Shown here piece after piece: positions 12,468 through 25,170 of a stretch of DNA of 64,000 nt. Each line of letters opens with the position of its first letter. Within the stretch, counting starts at the first letter, position 1. Below the pieces are notes generated by a model. It made no database searches and was not told the DNA's origin. It was given only the letters and a program-made list of their open reading frames with translations. The position numbers and the translations under genes are program-made. The stretch spans positions 7,502,001 to 7,566,000 of the forward strand of contig NC_045138.2 in the NCBI RefSeq assembly GCF_008831285.2, given 5' to 3'. This DNA is from Nymphaea colorata (taxonomy: Eukaryota).

Positions 12468-14146
12468 AACAAATTTTAGAACAGGGCAGGGTATTTTGAA
12501 TATCATGATCCAGTAAGCAAAAAGTTGACTTATCACGTGCTTGATACGACATAGTTTACCTATAGAGGATAGAAATTCAGATATCCAAACAACTAGCATT
12601 TTGTTAATTTTCAGGCAAAGATCTTCACACCAGCTAACTTTAAATTTTCCAAGGAAGAGAGGGAGACCTAACTAGCTCAATGACCTTTGTTCCATCCTTG
12701 GAAGGCCATAATTTCTTGGAATTTATTGTCTTGCACCCTAAAAGGAATCATCATACTTTAGGTTTTGTTGGTGGGGGGAGGGGAGTTCACTAGCTCTACC
12801 TTGGATCCAAAGTCATCAAAAACATTTTTAATACATGAAGTAGATCTCATATCAGCAACAGAGAATAAAATGAGATCATATGCAAACAATTAACTTGGAG
12901 AAAGGCAGCCATGACTCGATATTTAGGCAGCATAATGCTACTTTTAGTAACTTCTTTCTTAAGATTTTGTAAAAGGATGTCGATAACAACAACAGAGAGT
13001 CACCCCATTGCAGTCCTTTTTGGCTACATAAATAGTATTTTTCATACCCGTGGGAGGATGCTGGTTGTTGATGCAGGTATAGATAGTATCTTCATCATGT
13101 AAATTTATATAGAGAAATAATTATCTGTCATCTTGTAATATCTGTATTTGTTTTATCTTCAGTTTTAGATGTGGGAGCACATACTTTCTATTAGACACAT
13201 TGTGGAGTGTCTATTTCTCGATGCTCTTCCATTATATGCATAGTGAAGAGGTATCAGTCCTAGAGATTACAATGATGCAGAGTCTTCTAGGTTTATCATC
13301 TTGAATCTTCAAATGAGCTATAGCAAATAGTGTTTCACACTTTGCTCAATAAAGACACTGAAATACTTGTGTATTGATGATTATTCAATGTTTATGTATA
13401 GGTGTTGTTTACACTGTAGATTGGTGGTGCCAACCAAGGTTGGATTATCGTGAAATCTTTTGAGTTGTAGTGTAGTGGTGTGTGGTTGTTATGCATGAAC
13501 AAAGTAGAAATGCAGCATGGAAGCCGAGCCCTCTTGCAGCATGGTGTTGGTCAATCGATTCCACAGCCAACCCAGCCTACAAGAGATTCAGGAATAAAAG
13601 TGCTTTTAGTGCTGTTGTTGACTGACAACTGGTTTTTTTAGAAAGAGCTCCATAACTACCGTCATGGTGGTGAATTGGTCATTGTTTACAACGGCAATAG
13701 GTTTGCACCAGGATAGCGTGAGCAGTGTTGGGATGTAGTGCATTATTGGGTACTTGAAATCTATTTAGATGTGCTCCATCTTGGATCAGCATCCACAGCA
13801 TCATCATCACCTTCATCTCGAGCAAAGGATGCAGCTCAGAGAAAGATCTGCAGTAACTGATGCCAAGATCATTTGGACAGGAAGATTCAAAGCAAATGAT
13901 GCTAGGACAAAACAGAGACTGCAGCCCAGCGTCCAAATCTACCTATGGAAGAGAGATTGATGACAGTAATAAACTCGCTGATTGATCATGTTGCCAATTT
14001 AGCTCGAACAATTGTTGATTTGAATCAGAATCTATCATGGCATGAATAAGACAATCGAGAATAATCTTATCCTTTCAGTCACTGTAAACAATATTCTTTT
14101 GTTTATAAGAATGATCTATAAGAAGTTAATTTTATTAATGACTTGT

Positions 14147-14398
14147 GGAAGAGTGTGAAGAAGAGAAGGGACTTAGCAGGCAGCCTGTTGTCCATGGTGA
14201 TGCTTGAGGGAGGAGGGGAGAGGAGAGGGGTTCCAGCAGACTTGAGAGAGGAAAGGGAGTCTTTGGTGTCTCCCATGGTTTTTTATAGAAATATTTAAAG
14301 AGAGAGGGAGAGAGAAAAACAGAGAGTTATATATATATATAATTCTGCTACCGCAAGATCTTCACCTAACACCTGACAGGACATACCATCCACAAATA
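14147..14398 (-). pseudogene. Dirigent gene 5' relic (core promoter, 5'UTR, ~16 codons MDNRLPAKSLLFFTLF)
   Basis: High similarity to 59204-59457 including the TATA box, (TC)n/(TA)n tracts and the ATG at 14195; homology stops after TLF. Confidence 0.85.
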
Positions 14399-14411
14399 AA
14401 CAAAACTACTA

Positions 14412-16865
14412 TGTTGGCGAACTCCCTTGATTCACAATCAATAGCCTCCTTCTTTGATAAGGCAAAATAACCAAGAGAGGCTGCAACACAGCAAGGAGGG
14501 AATGCAAAGGTGCAGAGAGAGAAGGAGAGAGAGAGAGCGTACAAGGATGGCAAGGGAGAGAGAGAGCGAAAGAGAAGAGAGAGGTGAACCACACGACAGC
14601 AAAAAGAAAACTTTTCTTTTTCTTCTTCTTTCTTTTGGGCGTACTCTTCTCAACTTCTCATTAACACTAAAAAGACAAACATCATTTAAAGAAAACAAAA
14701 AAAAAAAAACTAAAACTTTACCCTCAAGTTAGTAACCACTGGGTCGTTCCCATCTCCTCCACTTTAGCTAGAGTCTGGCACAATTTTCTCCCTCTTTAAC
14801 CACACATGATCTTGGGAATCGCACACACATTCTCACATTCACCTCTTGTTCTCCACGACAGGAGTAGTCCAACACTCTCCCCCCTAATCCTGGTGTGGCT
14901 CGAGGTCTCGAACACCCAACACGTGCTGCATTGTTGCCAACCTTGCCACCGGCAATGCCTTTGTCAAAAGATCTGCTAGTTGCTCATCTATTCGCAAAAA
15001 ATCCACAATAATCTGTCATCTTTCGACGCATTAGCATATGAAATAGAACTTTGTGTCAATATGTGTGTTGTGTTCATGAAAAATTGGGTTCTTCATTAAT
15101 GCGATTGAAGACTTATTATCCACATACAATTTCACCTCCTGCGGCTTTCTTCCAGCCTGCTTGGCCAACAGTCCTCTGAGCTAGAGTGCCTGGCATGCAG
15201 CCGCGGTTGCTGCCATGGATTCAGCCTCGCATGAAGATAGGGCTACGGTCTTCTGCTTCTGCGAGTTCCATGAGACTAGGCTTTCATCTACATAGAATGC
15301 CATGCCTCTGATGCTCTTCCGATCATCGATGTCACCCGCCAAGTTACTATCCGTGAACCCGACAATCACTTCCTCTGGTGTATACAAGACCAAAGTGAAT
15401 TGTTCCTTTTAAATATCGCAAAATCTGCTTCACTGCCTTGTGGTGCATCACTGTCGGTCCATGAATCTGCTAGCTACACCGACGGCATACGAAAGATCTG
15501 GTCTTGTATGAAGAAGATACCTTAGACATCCGATGACTCGTCGATATTTTGTTGCATCCATTGGCTGTCCTTCTAGATCCTTGGGCAGTTGTGACCTTGG
15601 TTCCATCAGGAGTTTTGTGGGATTGCAATTAAGCATACCAAATTGAGTTAACACCTTCTTGGCATAGGCTGTTTGCTTTATCCGAATACCGTCTTCGCCT
15701 TGTGTCACCTCAATCCCAAGGTAATAATTGAGCAGGCCGAGGTCGCTCATCTCGAACTCAACCATCATCTGCTGCTTGAATGCTGCAATCGCCTCAGCAT
15801 CCTCCCCTGTTACAATTAGATCATCAACATAAACTCCGACGATGATGCCGGCACAGTCTCTTCCCCTTGTGTACACGCACTTTGTGAACCTAAGGTGCTT
15901 CATGCTTCGATCCAGCCGCATGTTGCAAGCACGAGGTGCTTGTCAGAGACCGTACAATGCCTTGCTTAGTTTGAGTACCATATGCTCCTTGTTCTTCACC
16001 GTGAAACCCTCTGGTGGGGCTACATAGACCTCCTCCTCAAGTTTGCCGTTGAGGAATTCTGATTTGACATTGAGGTGATGGACTTGCCACCCACAGCTAG
16101 CTGCGATGGCAAGGATTACTCATACGGTGTCAAGCCTGGCAACCGGCGCAAACGCCTCCTCGAAGTTTATCCCTTGCCGCTGGACATAGCCCTTCACCTC
16201 TCTGTCTGAGTTTTTTTTCAATTTGAACACCCATTTGAGTTTGATTGCTCTGGTTCCGGCCGATAGGGTTGTCACCGTCTAGGTCGAATTTTTCTCAATG
16301 GATTCAATCTCCTTGGCCATAGCTTCCTCCCATGCCGGCTGGCCGCCTGCCTCTTGGTAACACGACAGCTCCTCTATTGCCGCAAACATGGCCTCTTCTT
16401 CGACGTCTTCATAGTCGAGTTCGACGTGCTGAGCATCTCTCATGATATCATCGATGTGTCTATACCGAACGGGTCCATCATTGCTGTCCTATATCTCCGA
16501 GGCTGTGGCAGTTTCATCCTCTAATATTTGAGCCAGCGTCACCATCAGCGTTGCTTCGCCGCCCATCAGTGTCGATGAAGAAGTCGGATAGCCTAGCTCC
16601 ATGGACACCGACCTTCCTGCTTGTCCACTTGCAATTGAGTTGCCCATTGCCGACTCAGTGTTAGATTCCTCCTCAACAATGAAATTCGACGGTTCACTGC
16701 TTCCTGCATCCATATTTCATTTCCACTTCAATTTTTCTTCAAATTTAGCGTCACAACTTACACAGATTCTCCTGCATTGTGGATGGAATAGTCGGTGCAC
16801 CTTGCAGCCGTCCTAGACACCGAGATACACCATTGGCTGGCTGCAATTATCAAGCTTCTCCAGCC
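14412..16865 (-). mobile_element. 5'-truncated Ty1/Copia element (integrase C-term, RT, RNase H, PPT, 3' LTR)
   Basis: YVDDLIVTG, EMSDLGLLNYYLGIEV, HTRPDLSYAVG, KQKTVALSSCEAE. PPT (rc of CTCTCCCCCCT, 14875-14885) abuts a putative LTR TGTTGG..CCAACA at 14412-14874. Confidence 0.85.
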
Positions 16866-17497
16866 ATCCTCAAGCTATGAGTGCAGTCCCTTTTTTGAAT
16901 GGAAAATAGCAATCAAAATAAGCTTGTCTCAATATACTCATTTTTTATATTTTATGAAATTTCCATGACTTTGAAACAAAATGTCTAATATAGATAGTTT
17001 CTATAAAGAAATCCCTCAATCCAAAACAAGAATTTTAGACAAGACCAAAACCATAAAAGAAATCCAATTTTTTTATCAAGCCCGTTTAGAAATATGTACT
17101 TCCAAATATCAAGCCATTTCAGAAATCAATACAAGTCATTTCCAAATATCAAGCTATTTCCAAAAAAATCAAAACTCAAAAGTTAGTCGTTCAAAGTGCT
17201 CCATCCTAAAATAATTGAAAAATGGATTTTTCTTATCCAAAGAGAAAACTTCTCTAAACCCAATTCCTAGATTTTTCAAATGTTGGGATTTTTATCTCAA
17301 AAGCTCATTTTACCTACATCCTATGCCAAAAATAAGTTGAAATGAACTTGTCAAACAAAATTTTGGAATCTCATTTCTAAAACTAAAATTTCAAAGCCTA
17401 AGCTCATCGACGTCACCATCAAAAGCCTCCTCTATTTGAATCTATTTCTAAAACCATTGTTCCTCAGTAGGAATAATTTGTATCCTAATCACTGAAT

Positions 17498-17773
17498 GCA
17501 TATTCAACTTTGCATGCATGGCACACCTGTAAAGAACCTTTGGTGGATGCAATAAAATAGAGGACCTTCTTCTTGCATAAATAACTACACAAATGGATCT
17601 AGAACCAAAAGTGGTCTTCTTGTATCCACTGTTTTCTTATAACTACACGATAGTTGTATGTGGGGAAGTTTCTAGCAATATTGGTAAAATATGTCACCAA
17701 GGGCGAAATCTTGTAGTGGGTGCATGAGTGGCCACATGCTTTATCGCCTTCACCATGATATGAACTATAGTAC

Positions 17774-17817
<44 letters not shown>

Positions 17818-18032
17818 ATGTACCTTATCTTTACAAATAATATGAAATGCGTGCCAAGAAGGTGCACGATCATTAATTTATACGCGAATAGCCATCGGTA
17901 ATTGAACAGGCACAATAATCCCAATAATAGAAGCCAACTGTGTGCTTGGTAGGAAATGGCATATTCAACTTTGCATGCATGGCACACCTGTAAAGGACGT
18001 TTAGTGGATGCAATTAAATAGAGGACCTTCTT
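17498..18032 (+). repeat. 74-bp direct repeat pair (17498-17571, 17959-18032) flanking a (TA)n tract
   Basis: GCATATTCAACTTTGCATGCATGGCACACCTGTAAAG...AGAGGACCTTCTT occurs twice. Confidence 0.85.
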
Positions 18033-20869
18033 ATGTCTAATTTCAAAAAGAAAGCTTTAATTATCCAATCTCCAATTCTATTCAAAATCAAAAATTCTAA
18101 TTTTCAATTTTCAATTCCAAATTCCAATTTTTAAAACCAAATTAAAGTTCAATTGCTAAAATCCAAAACTAATTCAGAAAAATCTCATTACAAATACGAT
18201 CTCCTGATCTTTAAAATTTCCTGAAATACAGAACTATTCTCAATCAAATCTAAGACTTTGTTGAAAATGAACTTAAAAAATCTAAAATCCAATCATTGTA
18301 CATGCATACAAGAAAAATAGCTTGTCAAGCTTGAGAAAACCTAGACTTTGGATTAATTACCCATGTTAATGGTAGCAGGAGCCATTGATCATCGTGGCCC
18401 CTTTTTCTTAAAATTTATTTTCAAGCAATACTCAAATTTTATTGTTTTGCACATGACTTCCCTGCCCACCCATGCAAAGAGCGATGCAAACACAGACCCG
18501 AACACACCCAGAGATCCCCATAGACCGATGAAGAAAGGGGAGAACAGGGACCAAAAGCAAAGATAGGGGGCAGGAGGACAGTGGACGGGAGCCAGGCAGC
18601 AGCCGGAGCAGTGAAAATTAAGACAATGGTGGTAGAAAGGCACTGGACGGGAGCCGAGCGGTAGCCAAAATGGTGAAAGTGAGGCCACAACGGCAGCTAG
18701 ATGGTGGATAGGGTGTAGAGGCAAGGGAGCGCGGTTCAAAATTCAAACTGATGTCTAAGCAGCAGAAAATTGAAAAAAAAGGAAATCTGCCTTTTCTTTT
18801 CTTGTTTCAACTCCAATGGGAGTGAAAATGAAAGATTTCCTTTGAATGCATCAATGGCGAGGGCTACATTTTGGTTGTTGGTGATCTTTTTGAAGCCATT
18901 GATATTGTGCAAGTTAAAATCTTACTGGGGTTGGTTTCGTTTTGTCTCCCTCTTCTCTTTCTTTAAGGCCCCTTTTGATTGCCATGAAAAAACTGTGCAT
19001 AGAGTGAAATTTTTCATTTTTGTACAGTTTCAACCGTTGTTATCAAACAACGTCAAATTTTCCATGGTAAATTAATTTTTTCAGGGTAAACTTAGCCTGA
19101 AAAAAAGTTGAACCTTGGAGGGTCAGACTTTTTGCTTGCCCGTTAGGGCTTCTTCTCTTCGACTCTTTGATGCATCGTTTCTCTTCAGCTGCGTTGTCTT
19201 TCTCAGCTCCACTTCTGTTCATCACAGAACAGCCAGTGGGGCGATTCTATTTCTTCACAGGTAAGATCCTTCACCATCCCTCTCTCTCGCATACCATTGC
19301 GGCTATAAATTCTTATGGGACACTGGACAGGGCTTCGATTGCTGGGATGAATTCATCTGCAAGAGCCACATCCAGGTGTGGGTATGGGGCATGGCGACCC
19401 AACTTATAGATCCTTTGTAATTTTTGACAGTTTTCTTAGTAAACCTATCTTTTATGAATGTGAAAATTGAATATATGTTTTTGTTGCCGTGCTTTTGAAC
19501 ACAAGTTTTTGAAAATGCCTTGCACCTGTATCCACATTCGGACATGCACCCTTGTCATGTAGCTGTAAATGAATAAGTGAGATGACAATATATCTGTGTT
19601 TATTTTTAAGTCATTTGCATAACTTGGCCAATTATGTCTCAGCACTTCAGGACAAAATTAATTTAACCACCTTCTACCTATGGATAGGTTGGTGTTGGGC
19701 AGAGTCCACTTCTGCCTTTATTTTCAGAAGCACACCTATGTTCTGCATGGTTAAACAAAAATAACTTTTTACCGATTAATCTTAAGTTGTCACATTAAGT
19801 TGGTATTACTGTGATGAAAAAAGTAAAATGCTCACAATTAAAACAAATTTAAGTTCATTAGTTTGTATTAACTTCTTCAGATATACCCAATTATATCAGT
19901 AGGTCAAGTATACTCAATTTAGTTAAGCTCTTCAATATAATGCATTAGGTGATTGTTTCTTTATTAATTCTACAAAATTGTCTATGGAAAACTTATATCC
20001 AGCCAGAAAATTATTTTATTTTCATGTACCACTAGTGCTTGATGTTATTAAATTGTTTAAAGGTTCGAGGGAGTAGCCACAAATGATGAAAACTTATTTA
20101 TTTCAATAACTGTGAAGTACTGACAGATTTTTACTTGTCATTTCTGATTCTTCTAGTGCAACCATGCATTCTGTTGGCAGCATTAGGTTTAAGTTCACAT
20201 TGCTCACTGGCTGCCTGCTAAGCTTTTTACTTGTTCTTGTCCTTGTCATCATTGGTGCTAGAACTAGATTATTTTCTTTTGTTGAAGCTGTTCAGCAATG
20301 TGAAAGCTGAAACAATGTGCTCTCTCATTCTCTGACCTTCATGGTGCATCAGGATCAGATCGTCTTCGCCTGCCATCTATCCTCATGATCGGATTATAAC
20401 ATCTCATTTCTGGTTTGCTTTCTGCACATTTCTCTTCTTCTCATTTGATCTTTGTTTCTCAATTCTAGTTGTGCTTAGATGCGTCTGCCTTTTTGGATTC
20501 TGAATTTAAACCTGTAGTGTTGATTTCACTTGGAGATGGTGAGCATCCTATGCCCTTTAGAATCGTCTATCACACACCTTAGTTGCCCTATGCTCCTTTT
20601 TTCTCAGCTGTTGAGTTATTGATATGTTTTGAATCTTTTGACGGTACTAGGCTACACTGATAAAAATCAGGAAGCAAACAGGAAAGCTAGTTACTATATT
20701 GTTATTAAAAAGAAAAGGAAATCAAAATCAGAAGCTCATTTTTTCATATTCATGAATGAAAATATAGCAACAACATTTTCTAGTCATAGTACAGGATAGA
20801 CAGAGGCAAAAGGAGGATAGAAGGATGAAGAACATTTTCAAGTCATAGTACAACATTTTCAGATTCATG

Positions 20870-21530
20870 AATCTATTTGTTCAGTCTTAACCAACTCATG
20901 AAGTATGTCGCAACAAGTGACAAATTGAACCCCTCATATGCACATACCATGGTCTTTGCATCATCAGCAATGCCGTGCAAGAAATCATAGTACTCTTCAT
21001 CAAAGGTTGGCCTGGTCCTTCCAGACCTACTTGTAGTCTTATTGGTTGTCATTGTGGGATCTTGAATTGTAGGAGTTGGAGATATTGGTGATTGTATGAG
21101 AGGACTATCTTCATGGAGCATTTGTGTGAATGATTGTGAATTTTAGGTTGCATGTAAAATGGAGTCGATTGGGATGCAGTTGTAGTTGGAAATGGTTCAG
21201 TGTCCTCATCTAAGAACGTGTTGTTGCATGTATCGAGTTCTTTGTCCGCAGCATGGGAATCACCATATACCTCGGCAAACTCGTCATAAGTACCTCGATA
21301 ACTTTGGACCATTGTACTTTTTTCTATTTGGATATTTCTGAAAAATTTCATGTGTTCAAATTTTGCACAAATAAAGACATGTTAGACATAACCTAAAATT
21401 ACGATATCTATAACATACCTAAATGTAGTCACTCCAAAGTTGGTGGATCAACATCAATGTATTTGTTAATTGGGTCATACCCAAACCTGCTTGTATTGAA
21501 AATTTCCTTCATGATTGTCAAGTTGGGTTT
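20870..21530 (-). mobile_element. PIF/Harbinger-type Myb/SANT-like ORF remnant
   Basis: Minus strand reads TIMKEIFNTSRFGYDPINKYIDVD (Myb/SANT-like SGFGWD motif), then YDEFAEVYGDSHA; decayed. Confidence 0.55.
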
Positions 21531-24500
21531 CCCATATTTGAATTTGGCCTAACCAAAGGGTTGCGAATTTTCTGGAGTCGCCGAAGAGGAATGACAATGC
21601 TTAAAAAAACAAAAATATTGTTTGTCAAAGAAAAAAGGATGAAGAACCATGTCATGCCACTTCCATCACCAGATTTTCAGACTATTTGAGGGGAGTAGAA
21701 TAATTCATTCCATGTTGGCTGATCGGGATCGCCGACAGTTTAGGTGCTGGAAATCCCATTTGAATTTGGAAGTTTGTTTAAAAATTTGGTCAAAAGCCCT
21801 GAACTCTCCAGCGAGAAGAGTATAAATCGTGGGCAAGAGGAGAACGCGTGCTGGTTCTTACGCGTGAAGCTGTTTGCCAGTTGAATAGGTTCGATAGCTG
21901 TCAGCCGAATCAGCCAGGTTACAAAACAAAACCCAGGTCACTTTCCTGGTACAAACAAAACAAGTCGGGTCCAGGTCTATGCCCGACCCAATTACAAAAA
22001 CCAATCCAAAAAGAGGGCGGGTACGGGTTTAGATTTATAGAACTATTTGAACCCGACCCGAGGTATAGAATCTGGACCTGTATCCAGGGGGTCCCATGTT
22101 GCGCCGAGTTCGAATCATGTCCCGCTTTAGTGTCTTCATGAACTCAGTGTGTCCCGTCATTTCGAAAAACGTGTCCCACTCGACGTCACGCTGGCTGAGC
22201 TTCTTTGGGCCGCGGTAGGCTAAGTCATCAAAGCGATGGCTACCGAGCAAGCTCGGCCATGCCTAGCCGAGGCTACTGGGTGAACTCGACTAAGGTTGGC
22301 CGAGATTGCTGGGCGCTGTGGCTTGTGCTCAAATCTACTGGCACTGGGACAGGTCCTCGTCCTCCACTGACATGTCTGGTCCTTTGGAGATCTTAGCCGA
22401 ATACCCTTCGGTAGGGGGTTGGTCGTGACCTCCTAGCAAACTCGGCCACAACACAACTATGACCGTATGATGTGCGGCCACAACCTTCAATTTCTCTGCT
22501 GCTTGAAGCTGGCCACGCTGCCTGGCATGGCCGAGCCCCTCTCAGCTGCCCCAACATATCCAGCAAGGTTTGCGCTGTGGTAGCCTCGGCGACCGTTTCT
22601 CTACTATGCCTTTGTGCCCTATCTCGATCTAGACTGAGGTCTTCATGCAGTTGCCTGTCGTCGACCTGGCCTCACCACCTCTTCCGCCACAGGCAGGAGC
22701 TTGGTCTTTAGGTCATGCTCATTCTCTTAGCTGCCATAGCTTGCGGGGCAACCTTTGGGAATGAGGGAGAGGTTGTCTTCATCTTCCCCGAGCCGTGGCT
22801 ACCCGATCGGTATTGCCTCACTACACCTGCGCTGTCGGGCATCTCTCGGCCCGTCCTAGCCAACCGAAAGTAGGGCTCGGCAAGGTGGACTCCACGGGTG
22901 CTGAACAAACTTTCGAATTCAAAGGGCGTTTTCGGCACTCAAATTACCCTCAATCTTGATCATCAGCCAATATGGAATGAGCTCTTCTTCTCCCCTCAAA
23001 TAGTTTGAAAATCCAGCGATGAAAGTGGTGTGATGTGGTTCTTCATCCAGTTTATCTGACGAATGACATTTCTGGTTTTTCCAGCATTGTCATTCCTCTC
23101 CGGCGACTACAGCACATTCAACCCCCTTTACATCCCTTGGGTAGGTTCCACGGACGAAGGTGAGCCCCGCCGGTGGTGATAAACACCACCATGTCTTTTG
23201 AAAACCGACCTGTCATTCTTCCAACTACAGAAAGCAAACTACAAATCTACTGAAGAACAATTGTTTTTCTCCAGCAACGTACTCCGTTTTAGTGACTCAG
23301 CATCTCCGACCCCTTCACAGCACCCTTGTGTAGGCTCCACTGGTTACAGCGAGCATGCCGACGGTGAGAAACACTGTCTAGACCCAACGAGGACTATATG
23401 CCTATCGTTTTTTTTTGTGACAGCCCTCTACGCATACTAGTGACACTATTCCATTGATTTCGATGACTACTCTGCTAGCATCCAGTGATTGAAGGTTCAA
23501 ACGGCATCGCCAGTCTCCCACGATCCTCTAAGAGGATACGTAGGTCGATTTGAGCACGAATCGACCATGAACTCAGTGTTGAAAGAGCTCCCTATTTTCA
23601 GAAGGGCAATTTTTCGGCTGCCCTCTTCTTCACTTCGCCATCGCCCTCTCCAGCGACTAATCACTACCAAATTGGTCAGACAGAAACTCGGCGCATGACG
23701 ATTCCAATGAGACCAAGCTTGTCCCTTGAAGTGAACTATGTCGGTCAGAATCTTCGGATTTTTGGCTGGCCCTCTTGTCTGTCAAAAAGATCCCGACATC
23801 CTTGTGATCGTCGTTAACGACACTGACATCCATTGACTATTGAAATGCTCAGGTAACATCTTCGGTCTCTTGCTGTTCCAACAAACCCAAGCTTGACCAG
23901 TGCCGTTGATTGTGCTGGCTAGAATCAATCGATCTCTGGCAGCCCTTGTTTCATTGCCGAACCTATCGAAGGAGGTGCTCCCTTTACGTGTGAGTTATGA
24001 CGACGCCGACTTCCACCTCAGTTACTCTTCTACATGGCGCTGTCTCTACCAGCAATCACATGCCATGAAATTGCTTAGATTGTATCTCCGGAGGGTTGCG
24101 CTTCCAAGAACCCTAAGCTCGACTGGCGGCGTGGACAAAGCCGGTCGGAATCACAAGATTTCCAACCGCCTATCTTGCTGCAGCTTGTTTTGGGCGTGAG
24201 GAGCTTCAACCACCGCTAGTGTCGATTCAGCGACCATCGGCTTCCCTGGTGCTCGGACGGACTCTCTGGCGAAGGCAACCTTGTTGGATCAGAGCTCCGC
24301 TAGAGACGTCAGCCAGAATTGATGGTTTTCTGATCGTCCCTATTCTGGAAAGAACCTTCAGTATCAGAGCCTCCCTGCTGTCGTCGTGCTTGGTTCTATC
24401 TTCCGACCGAAGAGGGGGCTGCCAAAAACGTCGTGCATCATGCAATTGTATCGCTCGCGGATTTGTAAACCTTAAGGCATGATGGACTGTATAGCTTTGA

Positions 24501-24729
24501 ATTCTCTTGTGGTGAGCTTGGGCTGGGCCGATCTGTATTTTACTCCACAGGGAATTAGTTAGGGCCGTTGTCCAGCTGGAAAGAAAACATGCATTGGCCT
24601 TGACCCCCATGAGCACTAGCTAGGCATGATCCTTGGGAAAAAGATTAGTGGCTAGTTTCTGGTGTGGGGCCACCTCCTCAACCACTCAGCGGCACCCTTG
24701 GCTAGACCAACCCTAACAAAGTTGGTACA

Positions 24730-25170
24730 TGTAAACAAAGCACCCACCAGCAACCATAAAATAATGCTCGTCCATTGCATGTTCACCTTAGTCCTTGCAT
24801 TTCAACAACAATTTATGTGAATATTAGTGATAATACAATATATACTAATAAGAAAAACATATAGAAATAAGCTTGACGTTGACAATAAACAAATATCGGA
24901 ATAAATTGTTGTTTCACTATAGTATATTCATAAAATGTCAATAACAATTGATAAACCAAAACCACAATCACTATACACATTGTCAACTTTCAAAAATAAT
25001 TTTAAAACCTCAAAATTACTTACTGTTGCACTAGTCATTCCACATATCATTTGTTATTTTATCTCTAAGCACATTATTGTTTCCTTGAGCATGCGTTTGT
25101 GGTGGACTTTCATCACTATTCTCAAATTGTGTGAATCCATTGTCAATAAGTTCATCTTCAAATCGCAATG
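24730..25170 (-). mobile_element. PIF/Harbinger transposase C-terminus and 3' flank fragment
   Basis: Encodes ...NNNVLRDKITNDMWND* (Harbinger-type transposase C-terminus); 24730-25020 is the reverse complement of ~40975-41250 and ~61470-61760. Confidence 0.7.

Noticed and set aside
12970..14050. Possible old LTR plus Gypsy gag remnant
   Set aside because: Only faint resemblance; no PBS, second LTR or clear motif to support it.
17580..17718. CACTA element suggested by TCTTGTAGTG (rc CACTACAAGA) at 17709-17718
   Set aside because: No convincing matching left CACTA terminus or 3-bp TSD.
18350..19097. Mutator-like element with degenerate TIRs
   Set aside because: Terminal similarity is weak and no 9-bp TSD was found.
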